Shown here: in pieces, positions 25,301-36,165 of the stretch
Layout: each line of letters begins with the position of its first letter
Position numbering within the stretch: position 1 is the first letter of the stretch
Assembly: GCA_963717145.1 (NCBI GenBank)
Contig: OY970325.1
Coordinates: forward strand, 4,992,001-5,056,000
Origin: an uncultured Armatimonadetes bacterium
Lineage (GTDB): Bacteria > Armatimonadota > UBA5829 > DTJY01
Length of the DNA stretch: 64,000 nt
Direction: 5' to 3'
Position numbers and translations under genes: made by a program
The notes under the pieces: model-generated
The model's database searches: none
What the model was told of the DNA's origin: nothing
What the model saw: only the letters and a program-made list of their open reading frames with translations

Positions 25301-28300
25301 GTTCGCCACCTGACCGGCAACTATCGTTGCCTGTCCGCTGTTCTGGCTGTAACCAGGCGCGTTAACCGTGACTGTGTAGACGCCCGGAGCGAGGTCCACG
25401 AAGCCGTAGAAACCAGTTCCACTGTTCTTCGTAGTCGAGGTCTGGACGGCGACGGTCGCCGGATAGATCGCCACGCCGGCGCCGGTCTTCACGAAGCCCT
25501 TCAGCATGCCGAGGGTCGGGTTATCGATCCAGGACATGGGGGCAACGCTCTTCTCATACGAGAAGGGGCCGATTGCTGCTGCGTCGATCAACGCGTTCTT
25601 GAAAGCGGTCCTGTCAACGGTACCGCTGTTAGTGATCCTGTAGGTGTACAGCGACACACCCGGGAAGCCCAGGGCCTGCGCCGAAGCGATCTGCGTCATC
25701 GAGTTGCTGATCGTGTTCAGGTAAGAGCCCTGTGCCGGGTACATGTGCCGGCCGTACATCCTGCCGACGTTGTCCTGATTGTCGCCGTCGAAGGTGGAAT
25801 TGCTTGTCGTGTAGTTCATCGGACAAGCATAGTCCAGCCAGTGGTTCATCATCCACTGATCCCAGTTCTGGAACCAGCCGGAGTTACCGCTGCTGGCCGG
25901 GCTCCAAACGGCGGCGCCGATCTTGATCGATGGCTTGATAGCCTTGGCCTCGAGATAGATCCTCTTCACCATGTTGGTGACCTGATCTCTGCGCCAGTTC
26001 GCCCATCGGAGATCGCCGGACGAAGGACTCCCGGACGTACCGTACTCGGCATTGTACCGGGACACGGCCGTGGCGTTGTAGCCGTAGCTCGTGCTCGGGT
26101 AGCGGATGTAATCCAGACAGAAGCCGTCGATGGCGTAGTTCTGGATTATCTGCATGAAGACGTCCTTGTGGAAATTCTCGACCCCGGGATGTCCCGGATC
26201 GAGCCAGGTGTCGTCTGCATAGAATTGCGCACCCGTGTCGCTCAGCGAGAACCACTCCGGATGTACATTATAGACATGGTTCGGTGATGTGACCGCCGGA
26301 GCAGTCTGGCTGGTCCATATTCGGTTGACCACCACCCATGCGTGTACTTCCAGGTTGCGGGCATGTCCCTGAGTGACAAGGTCCGCGAGACAGTCATAGC
26401 CGCCCTGCGGTGTAATGTTAATACCGGTCGGCTCATATGTAGAGGTGTAGTATGCGTCACCACGCTTCCTGACTTCAGGGATAACCGCGTTGGCGTTGCA
26501 TGCCACGACGTAGTCCAGCATTGCCGCGGTGGCGGTGGCATTCTCGAATCCGGATCCCCACGAATCCACCCAGAATGCACGGAACTCGTCCTTGCCGGCC
26601 GTATTGGCAGGCGCACTCTGCGCGGACTCATTGCCGTCCGCATCGTAGGCGCTTACCGTGTAGGTGTAGTTGATGTTCGCAACGACAGTCGTGTCCGAAT
26701 ATGCCGTTCCAGCGCACGATGCCAGGTATACGGCATTGCGATAGACTTTGTACCCGGTGACTGCGACGTTGTCGCTCGAGGCCGACCAGGTCAGGTCAAC
26801 CTGCGTTGGAGCCACTGTTGTTGCCAACAGGTTAGTCGGAACGCTCGGTGCGATGGTATCGGGACCATTGTCGACCGAGATCGTTACGTAACGAACGGCA
26901 TCGGCGCTGACGATGAAGCCCGTCGCCCCTGTGCCATTGCCCAGTCTAACGTAACCGGCCGTACCTGCTGCGAAGATGTTCCCTGAACGCAGGAGGTTCC
27001 AATGTCCGCCGTTGCCCTGCTGGTTGGTGTTCACGACCACCGATCCACCATAGTAGTTGATGGTATACGGTGCGTTGGTAGCTCTGTTAGTTCCCTGAGT
27101 CCACCAGGCGTAGGCGTCATAAGTACCGCCGTACGCGAAGTTGGGCCTCCAGGTAACGGTCTTGCCCTCGGCCACCGCTGTACTGGCGAAGATGAAATCC
27201 GCGCCATACTTGTCGGTCGAGGCAGTTGCCGTAGTCCATACGCCGGAGATTTCGGCGGCTGGGTTGTCGATGATGTATTCGGCCGCAGGGGTCGTCGCCG
27301 AAGCAGGCGAACTCTGGGCTGAATTGTTACCCGCTGCATCATATGCGCTCACGGTGTAGCTGTAGTTTGTGCTCGGCGCACACGTCGTGTCGTTGTAACC
27401 GTCCGCATTGGGAGCGGTACCGATCTGGACGCCACCCCGGAAGATCTTGTATCCGGTGACTCCGACGTTGTCGCTTGACGACGTCCAGTCGAGGCTGATC
27501 CTGTTCGGTCCGCCTGCGATCGCGACCAGGCCTGTCGGCACGGTCGGCGCGGTGGTCTCACTCGGCACCAGTGCGAAGTTCCTGGTTGCCGTCTGGCCCG
27601 CTGTCACGGCGACGGATGCGCTCTGTGTGGCGTATCCGGCCTTGCTCGCGGTTACTGTGTAGGTCCCCGAACTCAGCCCGGTGAACGTGTACACTCCCGA
27701 GGCATTCGCGGTCGTGGAAGGTCCGCCGGAGACGGCTACTGCCGCCCACGGAAGGGCCTCACCACTGCCGGAACGGGTCACCGTGCCGCTGATGTTTCCG
27801 GTCGCCGCGGTGACGTTGATGTTCCATGTGATCTCGGGGCCGAACCAGGCCACGCCCTCCTGAACCAGACGGAACTTCTCCGCGTATGCGGCCGGACTAG
27901 CCGGCGCCTTCAGGATGAACGTGAAGCGTCCTACCTGACCCGTGGAGACGGCGCTCTGGTCGACTTCACTGGGTCGGTTGCAGCCGATCCAGTTTGGAGT
28001 GTTGCAGAATGCGCTCGACCGGTCGTTAGGGCTCGAAGTACCCAGCCTCGTGCCGGCATGGCCCCACGTACCCGTGCCCTGGTTCGTGAACTCGGCCCAC
28101 ACCACTGCGGTCGAGCCGGCCACCATGCTGGACGGATAAGACGCCGCATGGTAGGTGCTGTTCCACGTGGGAGGAGGAGGTGGTGGTGGCGGAGGAGGAG
28201 GAGGCGGAGTTCCCCCCGTCACAACTGCTATGAAGGCGGACCAGTTCCAGCCGCCGCCCGGATCCCAGTGAGTTCCGCCGCAGTGACAGTTGTTGGCATC

Positions 28301-29413
28301 ATTGTGGCCCAGGATTCCGGGAGCACAACCTCGATGCGCCTTGGGGATGCCCCAGCTGTTGCAGATGTCGCGGGTCAGCAGACCGGCCACATTGTACAGA
28401 CTCTGGGGGTGGCTGGACGATCCGGCATATCCCTCGTTCTCGATCCCGACGGAGCGCGAGTTGAGGCAGCCGACGTGCCATGCCCTGTACATCTCTCGTA
28501 CCATCTGCCAGCAACCGCCTGCTTCCGATGTGACATAGTGAGAGGTCACGCTGGAGTTGCAGTTCTTCATCCAGGAACGAGCGCCCGCAGCGGACCCCTC
28601 GATCGTGTGGATGACGACGGTGTCCTTCGAAGTGGAGACCGCAGTCCAGTTGCATGAGGGCGCAGGATCCCAGATCGCAGGCCCGTAGTCCGTGGACAGG
28701 ATCCCGCCAATCGCGTCCCTCAACGCCACGATCGCCTCAGACTTGGCCGCTGAGTCCTCCGGGGATACTTCCGCGCCTTTTGGCCACAGGTCGCCGATGT
28801 CTATCCCGCTGATGTCCTGCGGCGGGAAGTAGAACTTCTCCCCGTCGGTGTTGGTCTTCTCCAGACCTATGAGAAGTCTCTCGAAGATCTCAGCAGCGAA
28901 GAAGCGACTGTTCTCCTCGTCAAGGCCGGCGAACTTGATGACGGGTTCGACCCATCCCGCATAGCCCTGACTCGTGTCTACCTTCATCTGCTTCGCATAG
29001 GAAGCCAGCACCGCGGCGCACGCATTGATGTTTGCCTCGGGGTTGACCTTGAGATGAGCCATTGGAGTTGCGACTAGTGATGCCGCCTCGCCAAGTGAGT
29101 TGGCTCCCATGAAGTTGTTATCACGGAGCGCCATAACTCCGTAGCCGCCTTCGACGGTGGGAGCATCGCCGCGGTTTTCGAAGCCGCAGCCGAAGTTGGC
29201 GAGTGTGATGAGGAGAGGTAGAGGAACACCGTGTTTCTCTGCGGCTCTCTGGAGCATTGGCATGAGCGGAGCTGCCCATGGCCCGCCAGGCACTTTGGCA
29301 TGGAATACGGCATCGGGTTGCGACCCTTCGTCGCACAGGACCGGAGGCGCGTTTGCCGCCGCCAGCAGGGCGAATCCCACCAGCAGCGCGATCAGGATAC
29401 CTGATCTTCGCAC
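22372..29413 (-). CDS. Giant (~2,350 aa) modular cell-wall hydrolase: lysozyme/SLT-like N-domain, Amidase_2, NBR1-Ig, carboxypeptidase-regulatory-like, many FN3, golvesin/Xly-like CBDs and a GHL10-like glycoside hydrolase; one frameshift near 24050
   Basis: GTG start after AAAGGAG; VVIHTIEG...SHY...AWHVG...GIENEG...GH...HWDPG (Amidase_2); EFRAFWVD...GDAYY...WLDPGHP...DGFCLDYIRYP (GHL10); ORF 22372-24108 continues the FN3 repeat of ORF 23945-29467. Confidence 0.85.
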
Positions 29414-29927
29414 GTTTCGTTCTCCTTTCAGAGCACATACGGGTCGCCCATTCATGTGCTCATTCACGGAGAAGCGTTTCGGCAGCAGAGAAATCCGCTG
29501 TTCGAAGTCCCGCCGTTGTTACAAGCCCGGTTCGGTTCGTCAGGTGGCGTTACTTCCGCCGGAGGACAATGTCACCTCGTCTAACCTGACTGTTCGGAAA
29601 CGAGCCTGGAATGCGCATATGTGGGCAACCTTCTTGCTGGCTGGTGGCCGAGCCAAATCGGTAGCACATAATACAGATTGTCGAGAACTCCGGCCCTTAG
29701 AACTGATTCTAGGGCCTGGTCATATGGATCATTCCCCCCTCCATCACCCTGAGCGCTATACGCCCTGGGCAAAGAACTACGGTATCGAACTACAACAAGT
29801 ATTGTAGTCCTCCGTTACCGGTCCGTCAAGTACTGTCTCAACTATTTTTCGGTTGCTCTGAAAAAATGTTAAGCCCGGTGAGTGTCGCGGAGTACCAAAG
29901 ATACAGTAACCAGCAGGTGACGCGATT

Positions 29928-32564
29928 CTAGTCCCGTATCTGAATCAGGTCGGACGTGGTTGTCAGAGATGCGTCCGTTGGCGATAACCGGCTGAGAATG
30001 CCCCGAACAGTCACGTACTGGCCGGTGGCCAAGCCGTGATCTGTCGCATACACTGTGACCGGCATGCCCGACCCGTCGTCGACGGTGAAGGAGCCGCTGT
30101 CCAGCCTGTGCACCTCACCCCAGGTCATGAACAGGAATCTCGATTGTACGTCGAGGGTAAGCGCGTCAAAGACGGCTCGGTTGGTCAAGGAGACCACGGC
30201 GGCAGTGGTATACGCGTGGTTCGCGTCGACTGTGGTGTTGCCCCCCGCATCACGGACTTCCACCTGAACGAAATGAAGACCGAGCGCTCCGTCCGCAGGT
30301 ATCGAGCCCGACCAACTTCCGCCCCCGTTGTCGGTGAGCGGCAATGAGTTGGCGGTCACCGTCTGGATCGCCACGTTATCGGACGCACTCACTTGTACCC
30401 GCACCTGGTCCCCGTCCGCGGCGAGAGATGGAGTCACCGCTATTGAGCTGATCACTGGCGGCGTCACATCAGCGAAGTAAGCTGGGCTTAGCGCCGTCCA
30501 GGTCCCCCATACTCCTCCGCTCACTTGCGACTTGCCCCACATCTTGCCGTCCGCCTGGTAGATGAAGATCTGCAGGCGACCATGGTCGTGGTGCCCGACT
30601 ATAGGCATTCCGATTGCGGAGCCGCCGAGTGATTGCCAGGCAGACCAGCCACCGTCCACTGCCGTCTGCGCGCTTCGCATGACCTGCCCGGCCGCGTCGG
30701 TGTAGAACATCTCCTGCAGACCGGAAGATGGACGGGCGAGCACGGGATCCGAACCGGCAGAGGCACTGAGCGTAGTCCATCCGCCCCAGGACGTGCCGAC
30801 ATTCGTGCTGGACTGGCGATTGTACCGCAGAGTACCGTCGGCGAACCGGCAGTAGACCTCAGTGCGACCGTCGGAGGCCCTGCCCGTCGAAGGTTGCCCG
30901 GCGATCGGTCCGCCGAGGGAAGCCCATCCGGACCACGATCCATCGTTGAGCTGGTATTTCCAGTAGAGCAGGTTGTCGGTTCCGCGCGCGTACAGCTCTT
31001 GTCGGCCCTCCCATGACAGCGCGACCACAGGATCACCGGCCGAACTGCCGCCAAGTGATTCCCAAGCCTGCCATCCGCCGCCCGAGGCCTCCCACCTGTG
31101 CTGAATGCTTCCGTCGGGCATCCTGCAGAAGACGTCCAAGCGGCCGTCGGGGCTCTTGCCTACAGCGGGCTTGCCCTCAATCGGTCCGCCGAAACTTGTC
31201 CATGCCGACCAGCTTCCGTTCGGAGTGCTCTGCATACGGTAGTAGAGGTTGCCGTCACCGAATCTCGCGAAGACGGTATTGCCCTTGCTGATGTTGGTGG
31301 CCGTAACCGGCTCGGAGGCCGCCGTGCCGCCCATGGCATACCATGCAATCCAGCCGCCATTCGGAGTCGCCTGCCGCATCACGTAGATCGCGCCGTCAAT
31401 GCCGCGCGCGAAAACATACATCTGTCCTTTGGTGTTCGTGGCGACCGGATCCACCGAGCGGTACGTGTAGTACGGATACCGGCCGTACACGAGATTCGGC
31501 ATCACCGCGATGAGGACGCCGCCTGCGTGGTAGAGCCAAACATGGGCGATCTGAGTCGCATTGTAGACCACATGATCCCAGCGCGAGTCTGCGCCGGCCG
31601 GGTCGTTGCAGATGTAGTCGCCGGAAGCAGTCACGCCGACCATCAGCACAAGGTGCCCGTTGGTGGAGGTGATCGGCGAGTTCGTGAGTTCGCCTGCGCC
31701 GTAGGCCATGCTCATGATCACAGCGTTCCCGGCGGCGAACTGGTCCCTCAGGGGCTGCTGACCGTTCGCGCGGAACGTATATGCCTTGAACCCACGCTTG
31801 GCCGCCGCCTGCGCGATGAACGGCCAGTTGCCGTAGGCATGGTAGTACTCGTCATAGCAATCGTCCGCGACGGTTTCCGTGGGCAGATCACAGCCGTAGT
31901 AGTCCTCGGCCATGGTGAGTGATGTGGGGCCGCAGATGACGTCGCCGATCCCGGGGACCCAGTACTGCGAGCGCCACGGAACCGGCAGAGAGGTCGTGAC
32001 TCCAGGGCCGGGCAGCGGCGAGTACGCTATCAAGTACCCCGTATCGGCATAGGAGACAGACATCAGGCGCAGGGTGGGTGTAACGCCGGCGTCGCGTGTA
32101 TAAAGCGTGACTCGGTACTCGATTCGGGGCCAGGTCGCATACAGCACGAGGGTATCCCAGTTAATATAGCCGTATGGATCGCTCCTGTCGCGCTTGACGC
32201 CTCCGGGAATATATCCCTGGCGGGCCACCTCATACCAGATCGTCGAAGTGCCGCCGTTTACCGCCCGCATCTCCATTCGGGCGCCGGTATCCTCAGGGAA
32301 GTCCAGGTTCCACGACGCCACTATCTCGTCCACGGGGAAAGGGGCGTTCACCCCAGCGAAACTGGCCGTACCGCTCGTCGCCGAAGACGTGAGTCGGATG
32401 CCCGTGCCGGATACATACTGAGTGCCGGAGCCAAGCGCAATCGGGCCTTGAGACGTCTGAAGATCGAAGACGCTCGTGGAGTTTCGAGGCGAAGTAGTCT
32501 GGGCAAAACCAGCGGAGACGAGAAAAAACAGGGCCAGGATCAGTGCGTGTGGCGCTGAACGCAT
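29928..32564 (-). CDS. Secreted C39-like cysteine peptidase with PLL/fucose-lectin-like beta-propeller repeats and C-terminal OB-like domain
   Basis: VPWRSQ...CGPTSLTMA...GHLVLMVG...NDP; repeats of DGRLDVF.R..DG...W..W.SLGG. Confidence 0.8.
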   Translation of the reverse strand: MRSAPHALILALFFLVSAGFAQTTSPRNSTSVFDLQTSQGPIALGSGTQYVSGTGIRLTSSATSGTASFAGVNAPFPVDEIVASWNLDFPEDTGARMEMRAVNGGTSTIWYEVARQGYIPGGVKRDRSDPYGYINWDTLVLYATWPRIEYRVTLYTRDAGVTPTLRLMSVSYADTGYLIAYSPLPGPGVTTSLPVPWRSQYWVPGIGDVICGPTSLTMAEDYYGCDLPTETVADDCYDEYYHAYGNWPFIAQAAAKRGFKAYTFRANGQQPLRDQFAAGNAVIMSMAYGAGELTNSPITSTNGHLVLMVGVTASGDYICNDPAGADSRWDHVVYNATQIAHVWLYHAGGVLIAVMPNLVYGRYPYYTYRSVDPVATNTKGQMYVFARGIDGAIYVMRQATPNGGWIAWYAMGGTAASEPVTATNISKGNTVFARFGDGNLYYRMQSTPNGSWSAWTSFGGPIEGKPAVGKSPDGRLDVFCRMPDGSIQHRWEASGGGWQAWESLGGSSAGDPVVALSWEGRQELYARGTDNLLYWKYQLNDGSWSGWASLGGPIAGQPSTGRASDGRTEVYCRFADGTLRYNRQSSTNVGTSWGGWTTLSASAGSDPVLARPSSGLQEMFYTDAAGQVMRSAQTAVDGGWSAWQSLGGSAIGMPIVGHHDHGRLQIFIYQADGKMWGKSQVSGGVWGTWTALSPAYFADVTPPVISSIAVTPSLAADGDQVRVQVSASDNVAIQTVTANSLPLTDNGGGSWSGSIPADGALGLHFVQVEVRDAGGNTTVDANHAYTTAAVVSLTNRAVFDALTLDVQSRFLFMTWGEVHRLDSGSFTVDDGSGMPVTVYATDHGLATGQYVTVRGILSRLSPTDASLTTTSDLIQIRD

Positions 32565-32601
32565 AGTGAAAACCTCGTGTTCATGATCCGCGCTCTCGTC
32601 C

Positions 32602-32629
32602 ATTATACTTCAATGCGCCCGAATGTCAA
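32602..32629 (-). promoter_or_regulatory. Consensus sigma70 promoter whose -35 box coincides with the IS left end
   Basis: Minus strand TTGACA(32629-32624)-16 bp-TATAAT(32607-32602), upstream of the C39 peptidase gene. Confidence 0.75.
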
Positions 32630-34006
32630 GCGGTCGAATTGCTTCACGAACGATGTTACCGAAACGGAAACGTTGCCTCAGATAAGAATGTTACCGAAAC
32701 TGAGGCATGGAGAAGATGACAACTGCATCCGTAAGAGAAGTCGTGAGGCGCAAACGCAAAGAATATGGCAAAGCCACCAAATCGGAGAAGAAGCTGGTAT
32801 TGAGTGAAGTCCAGGGATTGACCGGTTACCACAGGAAGTCGCTGGTGAGGCTGTTCGCGAAAGGAGTTCCACCAGCGAGGAGTCCAGTGAGACGCGCAAG
32901 GAAGTCGAAATACGAGCCGATAGCCCACAAGCTGAAGACACTCTGGGCTGCGAGTTTCTACGCGTGCGGTAAGCGTCTGCAGCCGTTTCTGACTGAGTTT
33001 CTACCCATACTGGAGTCATTCGGGGAGATAACGGTTACACCAGAAGAAGAGAGGCTGCTTAACTCGATCAGCGCGTCGAGCATCGACAGGTTGATGAAGA
33101 AGGAGCGGTCTGCCCTATCGCTAACAGGGAGGACCTTAACAAAGCCGGGGACACTGCTTCGGTCTCAGATCCCGGTGAGGACGTTTGCCGACTGGGATGA
33201 AGCTGAGCCTGGGTTCTTCGAGATGGACTTGGTGGGTCATTGCGGAGGTGACGGGAGCGGAGAGTTCCTGTATACTTTGACTATGACTGATGTAGCGACC
33301 GGATGGGTAGCGCTTGATGGAATGAAAGGCCGAGGGGAGCACGGAACCGTGCTTGCGGTGCAGTCCGCGTCCAAGAGCGCACCGTTTGCAGTCAGAGGCA
33401 TAGATACCGACAACGGCGGCGAGTTCATCAACCATCACATGAACAAGTACTGTCGAGCGCACAGGATCACGTTTACGCGCAGTCGGCCTTACAAGAAGAA
33501 CGATCAATGTCATGTAGAGCAGAAGAACTGGAGCGTAGTCCGGCAGTTTATAGGTTACCGGCGATTCGAGACGGACGAGCAGCTTGCGGTACTAAAGGCG
33601 ATATATCCGCTGATCGTGGCGTATCACAACTTCTGTCAGCCCATGATGCGTCTTAAAGAAAAGGAGCGGATTGGGAGTAAAGTGATCAAACGCTATGAGC
33701 CTGCGATGACGCCGTACCGCAAGCTGATAAGTGTTGAAGGATGGCTTGACGATGAAGCAAAGGATCGCCTCGATAAAGAACGTAGAGCGACGAACCCGGT
33801 GGAGCTACTAAGACGCATCCACAGGCTATCATCAAAGCTTGACAGGATGCCGAATAAAGACAGATCGAAAGCGAGCAAGGCGCGGCCCTGAGCGGCGATC
33901 AAGAGCCGATCTGACATACTTGAACACACTACTTGGTAACATTATCAATGACGCAACGAATGGCGTTTCGGTAACAAAGTTAAATGAGGCAACACGGCGG
34001 TTAATA
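32624..34006 (+). mobile_element. Insertion sequence (ISNCY-like, rve/DDE transposase) with tandem subterminal repeats
   Basis: Two TTGCYTCA-N7/8-TGTTACCGAAAC units at the left end and two inverted units at 33935-33993; left end TGTCAA, right end degenerate TTAATA. Confidence 0.75.
32707..33891 (+). CDS. DDE integrase-core transposase
   Basis: TKPGTLLRSQIPVRT...EMDLVGH...DTDNGGEF...FTRSRPYKKND...VEQKNW. Confidence 0.92.
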   Translation: MEKMTTASVREVVRRKRKEYGKATKSEKKLVLSEVQGLTGYHRKSLVRLFAKGVPPARSPVRRARKSKYEPIAHKLKTLWAASFYACGKRLQPFLTEFLPILESFGEITVTPEEERLLNSISASSIDRLMKKERSALSLTGRTLTKPGTLLRSQIPVRTFADWDEAEPGFFEMDLVGHCGGDGSGEFLYTLTMTDVATGWVALDGMKGRGEHGTVLAVQSASKSAPFAVRGIDTDNGGEFINHHMNKYCRAHRITFTRSRPYKKNDQCHVEQKNWSVVRQFIGYRRFETDEQLAVLKAIYPLIVAYHNFCQPMMRLKEKERIGSKVIKRYEPAMTPYRKLISVEGWLDDEAKDRLDKERRATNPVELLRRIHRLSSKLDRMPNKDRSKASKARP

Positions 34007-34059
34007 ATACGCCTCGAACGCCGAAGTCTCCCCTTTTGAAAAAAAGTTTACTAAACCGG

Positions 34060-34087
34060 TTGACAAACTCGGGAATTGTGGCATAAT
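34060..34087 (+). promoter_or_regulatory. sigma70 promoter of the sulfur operon
   Basis: TTGACA(34060)-16 bp-CATAAT(34082) with extended TG. Confidence 0.7.
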
Positions 34088-34187
34088 CCTGACAAAGCAG
34101 ATCAACTTAGTTTACTAACTCCGGCCGCTGAAGTCGGGTCTGGGCCGATTAGTTCATGATCGCTGTGTCGAAAGGGGAGGTATTCGA

Positions 34188-34340
34188 GTGGAAACAGGAG
34201 CTGTGTTGCTGCATACGAGCCCGGGAGTCTATGCGGCCGTCGTTGTCGCCGGGATGGTGACCATCGGGTTTGCGCTCGGAAGTGTGCTCGACCGTGTGAT
34301 GGGCCTGTTCGGTCTGCAGATCGATCGGGTGGAGAAGTAA
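34188..34340 (+). CDS. 50-aa small membrane protein (resembles the C-terminal part of DVU0150-family TSUP partners); not in the ORF track
   Basis: AAAGGGGAGG SD, GTG start, METGAVLLHTSPGVYAAVVVAGMVTIGFALGSVLDRVMGLFGLQIDRVEK*, stop overlaps the TSUP ATG (TAATG). Confidence 0.7.
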   Translation: METGAVLLHTSPGVYAAVVVAGMVTIGFALGSVLDRVMGLFGLQIDRVEK

Positions 34341-35329
34341 TGTACGCCGGGTCGATACCGACACTTCCACTGGCGATCGCACTTGTCGCGGTCGGCTTCT
34401 GTGTGGGTGTCGCAGGCAGTTTCTTCGGCGTGGGCGGGGCCTTTCTGGTTACCCCCGCACTAAACATTCTCGGATTCCCGATGGCCTACGCGATCGGCAC
34501 GGATTTGGCGCATATGACCGGGAAGTCGATCATCGCTTCGATCAGACACAGGAGACTCGGGCATATCGACTTTCGCGCGGGGGCTCTTCTGCTCTTAGGC
34601 ACTCTTCCCGGAGTCAAGCTCGGGGCGATGTCGGTGATGAAGCTGGAGAGGATCGGCGCCATCGAAATCGTTATCCGGCTGTCGTACATCGTGATTCTGA
34701 CTCTGATCGGCGCGCTCGTATTGAGAGAGAGTCTGAGAGCAAACCGGGGACACGAAAGAGAACGAGACCGCGCTCTGCTGGTAAGGTGCTTCCGGATACC
34801 GCCGTTGGTGTGCCTGAGCGCATCGAACATAAAGAGCATCAGCATCTGGGGGATCATCCTCCTTGGGTTCGCGACCGGCTTCCTGGCCGCATTCCTGGGC
34901 GTCGGCGGTGGGTTCATCAGAATGCCCGCCCTGATCTATCTGATCGGCATGCCGACCCGCCTGGCGATCGGCACGGACTTGATCGAGGTGGCTTTTTCCG
35001 GCGCATTCGGCACTTACCTGTATGCCCGCGAAGGACGTGTCGATGTCATAGCCGCCCTCGTGATGTTGATGGGCGCGGCGGTCGGGAGTCACCTGGGAAC
35101 GCTCGCGACGAAATACGTCGAGTCGGGCAAGATAAGGCTTTATTTCGCCGTTACCGTTCTTTGCACCGCCCTCGCGGTGACCGCAAAACAGCTCGGCTTC
35201 AAGTCGCTGTCCGCGGGGATACTGCTGACCCTCGGGATCGCGTTGGTAGCGCCGATCCTGTACGGTCTGTTCAAGGGGATTCGGGACGATAGGGCCGCAT
35301 CCCTGGAGAAGGAGTTGGAGGCGACATGA
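34340..35329 (+). CDS. TSUP (TauE/SafE) family sulfur-compound transporter
   Basis: Duplicated GVGGAFLVTP / GVGGGFIRMP and AIGTDL motifs, multiple TM segments. Confidence 0.9.
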   Translation: MYAGSIPTLPLAIALVAVGFCVGVAGSFFGVGGAFLVTPALNILGFPMAYAIGTDLAHMTGKSIIASIRHRRLGHIDFRAGALLLLGTLPGVKLGAMSVMKLERIGAIEIVIRLSYIVILTLIGALVLRESLRANRGHERERDRALLVRCFRIPPLVCLSASNIKSISIWGIILLGFATGFLAAFLGVGGGFIRMPALIYLIGMPTRLAIGTDLIEVAFSGAFGTYLYAREGRVDVIAALVMLMGAAVGSHLGTLATKYVESGKIRLYFAVTVLCTALAVTAKQLGFKSLSAGILLTLGIALVAPILYGLFKGIRDDRAASLEKELEAT

Positions 35330-35421
35330 TTTCGCGTATTGCACGGTTGGTCTACGCGCAGGTTTGTCGGCTGATCGCAGCTCTTGGGGAAACCAGCGCC
35401 GACATGGTTCTGATGTAGACG

Positions 35422-36165
35422 ATGAGCAGGAAGGTATTGAGTATGCAGGACCTCATGGAACTGAACGACGCCTTGCGCGGATCCGATGCGAAGGGCGTTT
35501 TGCGCCGGGCATTGGACGAATTCGGCGACGGCCTGGTGCTCGCATCGAGCTTCGGCGCTGAGGACATGGTGCTGATCGACATGCTGTGCCGAGTCACCGA
35601 TTCGCCGCGTATCTTCTTCCTGGATACGGGACGATTGCACCAGGAGACGTACGATCTGATCGCACTGGCTCGAACGCGGTACGGAATAGGCTTCGACGTC
35701 TATTGCCCTCAGACGGAAGCGGTCGAGAGGCTGCTCAGGACTGAGGGCCCGAACAGCTTCTATGACTCGATCGAGGATCGCAAGGAGTGCTGCCGGATAC
35801 GGAAGGTCGAGCCGCTCGCACGGGCATTGTCCACCGCGCGGGCATGGATCACCGGGCTCAGGCGCGACCAGTCGGTTACGCGCTCCGACATGGCGGTCAT
35901 CGAAGTCGATGAGACGCACGGCGGCATCGTGAAGATCAACCCGCTCTCGGACTGGTCTGAGCAGGATGTGTGGGACTACATCAGGGCAAACGACGTGCCG
36001 TATAACGCGCTGCACGACAAGGGATTCCCGTCGATCGGCTGCGCGCCGTGCACGCGGGCGATCCAGCCCGGCGAGGACCTGCGCGCCGGTCGCTGGTGGT
36101 GGGAGTCGCCCGAACACAAGGAGTGCGGGCTTCATAGCAGAGACGGAAAGGTAGCCAGACGATGA
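35422..36165 (+). CDS. cysH: Assimilatory APS reductase (CysH-type, [4Fe-4S])
   Basis: [32 protein letters not shown]...KECGLH. Confidence 0.92.
   Translation: MSRKVLSMQDLMELNDALRGSDAKGVLRRALDEFGDGLVLASSFGAEDMVLIDMLCRVTDSPRIFFLDTGRLHQETYDLIALARTRYGIGFDVYCPQTEAVERLLRTEGPNSFYDSIEDRKECCRIRKVEPLARALSTARAWITGLRRDQSVTRSDMAVIEVDETHGGIVKINPLSDWSEQDVWDYIRANDVPYNALHDKGFPSIGCAPCTRAIQPGEDLRAGRWWWESPEHKECGLHSRDGKVARR

Noticed and set aside
28168-28216. GGA/GGT triplet run as a contingency repeat
   Set aside because: Encodes a poly-Pro linker with mixed codons inside the amidase
29414-29927. c-di-AMP (ydaO) riboswitch in the long leader of the giant amidase
   Set aside because: Several small hairpins but no recognisable conserved motifs
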